Source of the DNA: an uncultured Syntrophobacterales bacterium
Lineage (GTDB): Bacteria > Desulfobacterota > Binatia > UBA9968 > JAJDTQ01
NCBI GenBank assembly: GCA_964519455.1
Contig: CAZFIU010000023.1
Span: 31,446 to 63,445, forward strand
Direction: 5' to 3'
Length of the DNA stretch: 32,000 nt
The notes under the pieces are model-generated. The model was given only the letters and a program-made list of their open reading frames with translations, was not told the origin of the DNA and did not search any database. The position numbers and the translations under genes are program-made. Below, in pieces: positions 15,669 to 22,357 of this stretch (within the stretch, counting starts at the first letter, position 1; every line of letters starts with the position of its first letter).

Positions 15669-18083
15669 ATGGGATTGGTGGAAGCGAGTGAAGCGCTCCG
15701 GATCGGTTTGTCGTGCTCGGGACCCGGTTCCATGACGGGATGCAGCATCGAGTTGGGGGCCGCGTGGATGGCGGCTCTCGTCTTGCTGTTTGGTGCGGCC
15801 GTGCTCCTGGCGGTCAGGAAGCTTTACCGTGGACTGGTTACTGTGCGCGCGCGGGCGTTCGGGCCGGCGCTCTCCCGGCGCCTTGCCCACTGGGTGCGTT
15901 CGAGGGACTACCCCGCGGATGAGTTCTTCAGCGCCGACGGTGCGGAACCGGGTTGGGCGCAGCGCCGCGAGAACGCGCTGGAGCGGCTTGCCGGCCACTT
16001 CCGCGCGCGTTCCGCCAAGGCCATTGCGTGGAGCGGCGCCATCCGCGAGAACTTCTCGGACCTGCGCTTCACCGACGCCGGGCGGGTGCCGTTTCCGTTC
16101 GCGCGGCTGATGCGGGAGAAGTTCAACCTCTGCTCGGTGGTGACCGAGTCCGACGGACCGCGTCTGCGCGACCTTGACGGCAACTGGTCCCTCGACCTCA
16201 GCGGCTCCTACGGCGTCAACGTGGCGGGACAGGAGCGCTACAAGCAGTGGATGCGCAAGGGCATGGAACGGGTCAAGGACCTCGGCGCGGTGCTGGGACC
16301 GCTTCATCCCCTCGTGGCCGAGAACATCGACGTGCTCAAGAGGATCTCCGGGCTGGACGAAGTGTCGTTCCACATGAGCGGCACCGAGGCGGTGATGTCC
16401 GCCGTGCGGCTGGCGCGCTTCAACACCCGGCGCAAGCTCATCGTGTGCTTCTCCGGTGCCTACCATGGCTGGTGGGACGGCGTGCAGCCCGGGCTGGGGA
16501 GCGAGCGCGACTTGAGGGACTGTCTCACCCTCAAGGACATGGACCCCGCATCGCTGGCCGCCATCCGCCGGCGCTCCGGAGAGATCGCGGGCGTGCTGGT
16601 AAACCCGGTGCAGTCGTTCCATCCGAACTCGCCCCCGCCGAGCGACGCATTGTTGCTCACCAGCAGCGTACGCAAGATGTGCGAGGAGCATGCCGCGTAC
16701 CAGCGGTGGTTGCACGAGTTGCGCGAAGTCTGCGCCGCGTGTGGCATCCCGTTGATCTTCGACGAGGTCTATTCCGGTTTCCGGCTGGCTCCCGGTGGCG
16801 CGCAGGAGTTCTTTGACGTCCAGGCCGACATGACGGTCTACGGCAAGACCGTGGGCGGCGGCATGCCCATCGGCGCGGTGTGCGGCCGGAAGGATCTCAT
16901 GCGGCGCACGGACCCCGACCACCCCATGCGCCTGGCCTACGTCATCGGCACGTTCGCCGCGCATCCCGTGGTGATGGGCGCCATGAACGAGTTCCTGCGC
17001 TGGGTTACAGGCCCGGAGGCGGGGGCCGCCTACAATGAGGCAAACCACCGTTGCAGCGAATGGGCGCGGGAGACCAACCGGGAACTGGCGCATGCCGGCC
17101 TGCCGCTGCGGGTCGTGAACCTTGCCACCGTGTGGACCGTACTGTTCCAGGAGCCGGGCCGCTACAACTGGCTGCTGCAATACTACCTGCGGGCCGAAGG
17201 GGTCACCCTGAGCTGGGTCGGCACCGGCCGCTGCATCAGCAACATGGGCTTCAGTCAGGAGGACTACCGCGAACTCAAAGGCAAGCTGGTGAACGCCGCC
17301 CGCGCCATGCACCAGGACGGCTGGTGGCTCACGGAACAGCAGCAGCCCAGCCGCGACCGAAAGATGCGGAGGGGACTGGTGCACGAGCTTCTGGGCACGC
17401 TGGTGCCCGTGCCGAAGCCCTTGCGGGTCTTCTGCGCCGAGGTCATGCGCCGCAAGCACGACGACCACGAGGCGTCCCACAGCCATCCGCTGAACCAGTT
17501 CGGCCACATCCTGAGTTCCAGCGTTTTCATCTACTGCTACTTCCTGATATTCGCGAACCTCACCACAGCGGTGTCCTTCAGCCTCGCCGCGCTGCTGGTG
17601 CGGCAACTGGGCCACGCGGTCATCGAACCGCCGTGCCACGACAAGGAAGAGTTGCTGCTGGGCTACAACACTCGCAACAAGACCATCATCGTCCTGGCCT
17701 ACGTGCTGATTCCGTTCGTCAACCTGGCGGGCGTCGACGCATGGACCTGGGCCGCGGCCGTCGACACGTTGCCCGCCATCGCCAAGCAGTGGTTCGGCTT
17801 GACGCTGATCGTGGTCCTGGGCCGTGTGGCCTATCTCACCTGGCTGCACGACTTCCGCATCTCCATGGTGTGGTTCATCAAGCTCATCACCGATCCGCTC
17901 ACGGACCTCATCGCCTACGTGCCGCGGTCGCTGGCGGAAGCGCGCGCCTTCCTGCCGCCGTACTCCAGCGTAGAGTCGTACAAGCCCGGTTACGCCGTGG
18001 AGGGATTGTCGTCGGGCGACGAGTGGATCGAGGCATGCGACCAAGAGGAAGCGGGCCGGCAATCAAGGGACGCGCGCCGGTGA
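15669..18083 (+). CDS. Membrane fusion protein: N-terminal TM helix, class III PLP aminotransferase (glutamate-1-semialdehyde aminomutase-like), and a C-terminal multi-TM DUF962/Mpo1-like domain
   Basis: ATG 15669 lies 10 nt after AGGAGG. The TM helix is AAWMAALVLLFGAAVLLAV. Aminotransferase blocks are DLDGNWSLDLSGSYGVNVAG, SFHMSGTEAVMSAVRLAR, IFDEVYSGFRLAPGG and the Schiff-base lysine motif YGKTVGGGMPIGA. The C-terminal domain carries HSHPLNQFGH (the H-x4-N-x3-H spacing) and LGHAVIEPP, the DUF962 signatures, within 5-6 predicted TM helices. Confidence 0.8.
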   Translation: MGLVEASEALRIGLSCSGPGSMTGCSIELGAAWMAALVLLFGAAVLLAVRKLYRGLVTVRARAFGPALSRRLAHWVRSRDYPADEFFSADGAEPGWAQRRENALERLAGHFRARSAKAIAWSGAIRENFSDLRFTDAGRVPFPFARLMREKFNLCSVVTESDGPRLRDLDGNWSLDLSGSYGVNVAGQERYKQWMRKGMERVKDLGAVLGPLHPLVAENIDVLKRISGLDEVSFHMSGTEAVMSAVRLARFNTRRKLIVCFSGAYHGWWDGVQPGLGSERDLRDCLTLKDMDPASLAAIRRRSGEIAGVLVNPVQSFHPNSPPPSDALLLTSSVRKMCEEHAAYQRWLHELREVCAACGIPLIFDEVYSGFRLAPGGAQEFFDVQADMTVYGKTVGGGMPIGAVCGRKDLMRRTDPDHPMRLAYVIGTFAAHPVVMGAMNEFLRWVTGPEAGAAYNEANHRCSEWARETNRELAHAGLPLRVVNLATVWTVLFQEPGRYNWLLQYYLRAEGVTLSWVGTGRCISNMGFSQEDYRELKGKLVNAARAMHQDGWWLTEQQQPSRDRKMRRGLVHELLGTLVPVPKPLRVFCAEVMRRKHDDHEASHSHPLNQFGHILSSSVFIYCYFLIFANLTTAVSFSLAALLVRQLGHAVIEPPCHDKEELLLGYNTRNKTIIVLAYVLIPFVNLAGVDAWTWAAAVDTLPAIAKQWFGLTLIVVLGRVAYLTWLHDFRISMVWFIKLITDPLTDLIAYVPRSLAEARAFLPPYSSVESYKPGYAVEGLSSGDEWIEACDQEEAGRQSRDARR

Positions 18084-18120
18084 ACGCGCCGGCGCGTGGT
18101 GCGCGGTCACACGGTTCGTT

Positions 18121-18675
18121 TTGAATGCGGACAAGCCGATGGACGTCTGGAGTTTCTTGGTCGCCGCCTTCTGCCTCAGCCTGGAGCGCATCTGTTACGC
18201 TTTCGTGTGGCGCTTCCCCGAGGCCTTCTGCAGGATGTGCGCTTTGCCATGGATGCGTTTCCTCGGAGAGCCCATCGACGTCCTGCGAAAGCTCTTCCTG
18301 GGCTTCAAGGCCATCCAGATCAGCGTGTTCCTCGGCTGGTGCTATCTCTACGGAGAAGGCTCCCTGAGCCCCTTGAACGAAAGTGTCTTGTGGCTGAGCG
18401 TCGGCACCGCGCTGGTGATCGCGGGCCAGGTGCTCAACCTGAGCGTGTTCCTGCGCCTGGGCCAGGTGGGCGTCTTCTACGGTGCCAAGTTCGGTTACGA
18501 TGTCCCCTGGTGCCGGTCCTTCCCCTTCTCGATCCTCCGCCACCCTCAATATGTCGGTACGGTCCTGTCCATCTGGGGCTTCTTCCTCGCCATGCGTTTT
18601 CCCCACGACGACTGGTACATCCTGCCCGCGCTGGAAACGTTCTACTACATCGCCGGCTCTCAACTGGAGCAATAG
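18121..18675 (+). CDS. Integral-membrane SAM methyltransferase of the PEMT / ICMT superfamily (phospholipid N-methyltransferase-like)
   Basis: About 184 aa with about 4 TM helices. The C-terminal signature FPFSILRHPQYVGTVLSIWGFF (RHPxYxG) is characteristic of PEMT/Opi3 and ICMT-type enzymes. The start is either TTG 18121 or ATG 18139. Confidence 0.7.
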   Translation: MNADKPMDVWSFLVAAFCLSLERICYAFVWRFPEAFCRMCALPWMRFLGEPIDVLRKLFLGFKAIQISVFLGWCYLYGEGSLSPLNESVLWLSVGTALVIAGQVLNLSVFLRLGQVGVFYGAKFGYDVPWCRSFPFSILRHPQYVGTVLSIWGFFLAMRFPHDDWYILPALETFYYIAGSQLEQ

Positions 18676-18744
18676 GCTCATTCCCGCGAAACAAGCTGTG
18701 TCAAGACCCCAAACGAACACGGAATGGCACGGCCACCCCGAACC

Positions 18745-18788
18745 GTCATTCCCGCGAAAGCGGGAATCCAGGGGTGGGGGGGGTGTGG
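18745..18788 (+). repeat. Palindromic repeat unit, copy 1 (GNRA-capped hairpin plus G-rich tail)
   Basis: The unit is GTCATTCCCGC-GAAA-GCGGGAATCCAGGGGTGGGGGGGGTGTGG. It has an 8-bp stem (ATTCCCGC/GCGGGAAT, 18748..18767) with a GAAA loop. A truncated left arm (TCATTCCCGCGAAA) also occurs at 18678..18691. Confidence 0.85.
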
Positions 18789-18793
18789 CGACC

Positions 18794-19936
18794 TCATTGC
18801 CCGGCCTCACCCCGCCTGGATTCCCGCTTCCGCGGGAATGACTCATTGGGGTGTAGCGGAATGACATCGCCTGGGAAGCGGGAATCCAGGTGGGGCGGAG
18901 GCGGGGGAAGGGGACGCACGGCCTTCTGCCAGAAGCCCGGCGCAACGGGCTCCAACAGCGACACGAACCGCCGGGTCCACTCCAGCCAAGTGTGCTGCCG
19001 TGCGTAGGCCACACAGTCGGCGGGATCGACCTCCAATGCGCCGAGAACGGCTGCGCGAAGGTCCGGGTGCAGGACGCCGGTGATGCCGTTCCGCACCACG
19101 TCCAACGGTCCGGTGGCCGGAAACGCCGCCACCGGAACGCCGCAGGCCATGGCCTCCAGCATGACGAGTCCGAAGGTGTCCGTCAGGCTCGGGAAGACGA
19201 ACACGTCGGCGGCGGCCACGTGCGCCGCCAACTCCTCGCCCAGTTTCTGCCCGACGAACCGGACGTCCGGGTAACGCGAGCGCAGGCTCCGCAGATCCGG
19301 GCCGTCCCCCACGACGTACTTGGTGCCGGGAAGGTCCAGATCCAGAAATGCCTCGATGTTCTTCTCCACCGCCACGCGCCCCATGTACATGGCCAGCGGC
19401 CGCGCGCCCGGCAGATAGGACTTGGGTCCCGGCTTGAAAAGGTCCGTGTCCACGCCTCGGGCCCAGATGGCGAGGTTGTCGAAGCCGTTGCGACGCAAAT
19501 GCTCGGCCAGGGAGCGGGTCGCCACCAAGGTTCGCGTAGCGGCACCGTGGTACCGCCGCAGGTAGCGGTAGGACCAGCTCGCCGGAATCGGCGCGCGCGC
19601 GCGGATGTATTCGGGGAAGAGGGTGTGGAAACACGTGGTGAAGGGAATGCCGAGGCGGCAGCAATAGGAGCGCGCCGCGTGTCCGATGGGTCCTTCGGTG
19701 GAAATGTGCACGGCCTCGGGCTTGAATTCCCGCAGGATGCGCCGGACCCCGCGGCCGGGAAAGAGAGCCAGGCGAATGGACCGGTAGGTAGGGCAGGAGA
19801 CGGTGGCGAAATCCAGCGGCGTCACGAAGCGCGTTTCGTGCCCGAGTTTTTCCAGGTGCGCGCGCGTCTGCTGCAACGTGCGTACTACGCCGTTGACCTG
19901 CGGTTCCCAAGCATCGGTGACGACCGCGATTCTCAT
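18794..19936 (-). CDS. GT4-family (GT-B) glycosyltransferase, Agt/SqdX-like lipid glycosyltransferase
   Basis: MRIAVVTDAWEPQVNGVVRTL is the N-terminus typical of DAG-glycolipid GT4 enzymes. The C-terminal domain has the E-x7-E region (FPSLTDTFGLVMLEAMACGVPV). The last 35-40 codons (..PPPPPHLDSRFPGDVIPLHPNESFPRKRESRRGEAGQ) are encoded by repeat copies 2 and 3. Confidence 0.85.
   Translation of the reverse strand: MRIAVVTDAWEPQVNGVVRTLQQTRAHLEKLGHETRFVTPLDFATVSCPTYRSIRLALFPGRGVRRILREFKPEAVHISTEGPIGHAARSYCCRLGIPFTTCFHTLFPEYIRARAPIPASWSYRYLRRYHGAATRTLVATRSLAEHLRRNGFDNLAIWARGVDTDLFKPGPKSYLPGARPLAMYMGRVAVEKNIEAFLDLDLPGTKYVVGDGPDLRSLRSRYPDVRFVGQKLGEELAAHVAAADVFVFPSLTDTFGLVMLEAMACGVPVAAFPATGPLDVVRNGITGVLHPDLRAAVLGALEVDPADCVAYARQHTWLEWTRRFVSLLEPVAPGFWQKAVRPLPPPPPHLDSRFPGDVIPLHPNESFPRKRESRRGEAGQ
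18805..18842 (-). repeat. Palindromic repeat unit, copy 2 (inverted orientation)
   Basis: The reverse complement reads GTCATTCCCGC-GGAA-GCGGGAATCCAGGCGGGGTGAGG. The stem is the same (18820..18839), with a GGAA loop. Confidence 0.85.
18858..18907 (+). repeat. Degenerate or rearranged repeat unit, copy 3
   Basis: GGAATGAC (the inverted left end) is followed by GAAGCGGGAATCCAGGTGGGGCGGAGGCGGGGG. The right arm and G-rich tail are conserved but the left arm is disrupted. Confidence 0.6.
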
Positions 19937-20164
19937 GAATGAATCAATCTTCGCACGCGATCGTTAAGAACCGGTAAAGGCGGCGTCAAGCTCTGATCAC
20001 GATGGCCCGCGCCGGTGTCACCTCCGAATGCCTCAAGGATACGGTAACGGTACCGTCTCCGGTTGATCCATGGTTCTTTGCCCGGCCGGCTGCTCGTTGC
20101 CGCCGGCAGTGCCACTGTAGTAGGGTGACCGGCAAGGGTATTCGAAGATTCCGGAAAGGGACCG

Positions 20165-21265
20165 ATGCACAACGGTAGAGAGCCTTTCTGGCGCAAGGAT
20201 GTGCCGCACGGCCTCGAGTTCGGGCTCAGAAACTACTGGTATCCGCTCGTGCTTTCGAGTGAAGTGCCGGCGGACCGGCCGCTGCCGGTCACCGCTCTGT
20301 GCGAAGACCTCGTCCTGTGGCGCGATACCACGGGCAACCCGCATGTATTCGTCGATTCCTGCCCCCATCGCGCGGTGAAGCTTTCCGCGGGCCGTATCCT
20401 TGGCGATCGTATCCAATGCGCGTATCACGGGCTGGAGTTCGATGCCGAGGGTCGTTGCGTATGGATCCCCTGGGAAGGGGACGCGCCGGAAAAGTGCGCG
20501 GTGGTTTGCGCCCACACCTATCCGGCCGCGGAGTTGGGCGGATTCGTGTGGGCGTACATCGGGGACGTGGAGCGATTCCCACCGCCGCCCCTGGAACGGG
20601 TCGCGCCGCCGGAAATGCTCCAGGACGGCTTCGTCTGCTACGGCCGCCGGGGCACGTGGGAGACGAACTGGCTGCTGGCCTGGGACGGTACTTTCGACCC
20701 GCAGCACAACGCCTTCCTGCATGCCGGAGGCGTTACGGTACAGAAGCTGGGCGGCCGCGCCGGAGGCATCTACCGCATGGCGGTGCGCCCCATGACGAAC
20801 GGATTGAAGCTTCAACGGCTGAACGTGGGAGGTGGCATGGAACGGGAGCTGGACGGCGGCTGGATGTTGCCCGGCATGGCAACGTTGGTGGCCATATACC
20901 CCGACGGGCCGGTGGTGACGCGTTCGTGGCGTTATCCCGAGGACGAGAATACCACCCACGCGGTCCGCTGCTCCGCGCGCAGGGTGGAGACGGTCGAGGA
21001 GCGCCGGGCGTGGGAGCGGCTGTATCACACGCGTATTCTTCCGGACTCCGAGAAGGTCAACGAGCAGGACAAGGCCATACTGGTGACGCAGCGGGGCCTC
21101 CATCGAGCGAGGTCGAACGAGCAGTTGCTGAACAGCGACGTGGGCATCGTCCGCCTCAGGGCCCTGTTGCGGGACACCTTTCTGGCGCAACGGGAAGGCC
21201 GTCGGCTTGAGCCGGATCCGTGGTGTCCCGTGCTCACCGAGCCTTGGAAGAAGGGCATCCCTTGA
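20165..21265 (+). CDS. Rieske [2Fe-2S] non-heme-iron oxygenase, single-subunit (phthalate-family / KshA / VanA-like) type
   Basis: The Rieske motif is CPHRAVKLSAGRILGDRIQCAYHGLEF (C-x-H ... C-x2-H) and the mononuclear iron motif is DGTFDPQHNAFLH (D-x2-H-x4-H). It is 366 aa and has no adjacent beta subunit. Confidence 0.85.
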   Translation: MHNGREPFWRKDVPHGLEFGLRNYWYPLVLSSEVPADRPLPVTALCEDLVLWRDTTGNPHVFVDSCPHRAVKLSAGRILGDRIQCAYHGLEFDAEGRCVWIPWEGDAPEKCAVVCAHTYPAAELGGFVWAYIGDVERFPPPPLERVAPPEMLQDGFVCYGRRGTWETNWLLAWDGTFDPQHNAFLHAGGVTVQKLGGRAGGIYRMAVRPMTNGLKLQRLNVGGGMERELDGGWMLPGMATLVAIYPDGPVVTRSWRYPEDENTTHAVRCSARRVETVEERRAWERLYHTRILPDSEKVNEQDKAILVTQRGLHRARSNEQLLNSDVGIVRLRALLRDTFLAQREGRRLEPDPWCPVLTEPWKKGIP

Positions 21266-21310
21266 ACCAGCGGTCCGACAATGGCCGCCGGGCGGAACGG
21301 AGGTATCAAG

Positions 21311-22351
21311 ATGACGGCACGTGTCTTTTCGGTGGTGGGTTCAGCGTTTGCGTTGATGCTGGTGCTGGGAATGGGGTCCGCCGTCCATGGCGAGGAGTTC
21401 TACAAGGACAAGTTCATCACGTTCATCGTGGGCTACTCTCCCGGCGGGTCCTTTGACGCGTACACCCGGCTCCTGGCGCGGCACATGCCGGCGCACATTC
21501 CCGGGGCTCCCAAGGCGGTGGTGAAGAACATGACCGGAGCCGGCGGGCTCATTTCCGCGAACTACATGTTCAACCAGGCGCCGCGGGACGGAACCGCCGT
21601 GGGCGGTTGGGGTGGCGCGCTGGTGCTGCAGAACGTGTTGGGGCGGAAGGAGACCAAGTTCGACGGCCGGAAGTTCGGTTGGTTGGGCACTCCCGCCCCT
21701 TACAACACCGTGTGTTCCTTCAACAGCAAAAGCGGCATCAAGAGCGTGGAGGATTGGTTCGCGGCCAAGAAGCCCGTGACCATCGCCGGATTCGCGCCCG
21801 GCTCGACCCCGTCCGACGTACCCAAGCTGGTGAACGCGGCTCTGGGACTGCCCTTGCGGGTCATCGAAGGGTACCGCGGAGGCGCCAAGGCCAGGCTGGC
21901 GGTGGAGATGGGAGAGGTCGACGGGTACTGCGGCTCTTACCAGACCATCAAGGCCATCTGGCGGGAGCCGTTCGAGACGGGCAAGATCCGCGCCGTGATC
22001 CAGACGACCCTTGAATCCCATCCGGAGCTCAAGCACGTTCCTTTGGCCAAGGACTACGCCAAGACCGACGAGGCGCGTCTTCTGGTGAAGGTGCTGGACT
22101 ATGCCTACAGCGCGCCGTTCAAGTATTCGGTGCCGCCGGACGTGCCGAAGGAGCGGCTGCGGATTCTCCAGCGGGCTTTCGTGAAGGCTTTGGAGGACCC
22201 GGCGCTGCTCGCCACGGCCAAACGGTCCAAGACGGAAGTCGCGGCGGTGGACGGTCCCACCACCGCCGGAATCATCGCGGAGCTCTACGAGATGAACGAC
22301 GCCACCAAGGACAAGCTGCGAAAGATCCTCCTGCCCAAGAGCGGGAACTAG
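21311..22351 (+). CDS. TctC/Bug-family extracytoplasmic solute receptor, paralog 1
   Basis: ATG 21311 lies 7 nt after GGAGG. The signal peptide is MTARVFSVVGSAFALMLVLGMGSAVHG. The block IVGYSPGGSFDAYTRLLARHM...VVKNMTGAGGLISANYMFNQAPRDGT follows the Bug-family pattern (..PGG..D...R......lg..vvv.N..GAgG.i......a.pDG.T). Confidence 0.65.
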   Translation: MTARVFSVVGSAFALMLVLGMGSAVHGEEFYKDKFITFIVGYSPGGSFDAYTRLLARHMPAHIPGAPKAVVKNMTGAGGLISANYMFNQAPRDGTAVGGWGGALVLQNVLGRKETKFDGRKFGWLGTPAPYNTVCSFNSKSGIKSVEDWFAAKKPVTIAGFAPGSTPSDVPKLVNAALGLPLRVIEGYRGGAKARLAVEMGEVDGYCGSYQTIKAIWREPFETGKIRAVIQTTLESHPELKHVPLAKDYAKTDEARLLVKVLDYAYSAPFKYSVPPDVPKERLRILQRAFVKALEDPALLATAKRSKTEVAAVDGPTTAGIIAELYEMNDATKDKLRKILLPKSGN

Positions 22352-22357
22352 CCGCCG

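Noticed and set aside
15663-18062. 799-aa minus-strand ORF
   Set aside because: It is an exact antisense shadow of the aminotransferase::DUF962 fusion. It has no domains and a biased composition, and the + frame carries clear PLP and DUF962 motifs.
18677-18907. Possible CRISPR array, suggested by several copies of a short repeat
   Set aside because: The copies are in both orientations, irregularly spaced and partly truncated, each is itself a hairpin with a G-rich tail, and there are no cas genes. This is REP/MITE-like, not CRISPR.
17908-19014. Track ORFs 17908..19014 (-) and 18096..19007 (+) crossing the repeat cluster
   Set aside because: They overlap the PEMT-like gene and the repeats. 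They contain the tell-tale repeat-derived peptides (SRFRGND, HSRESGNPG) and are artefacts of the palindromic elements.
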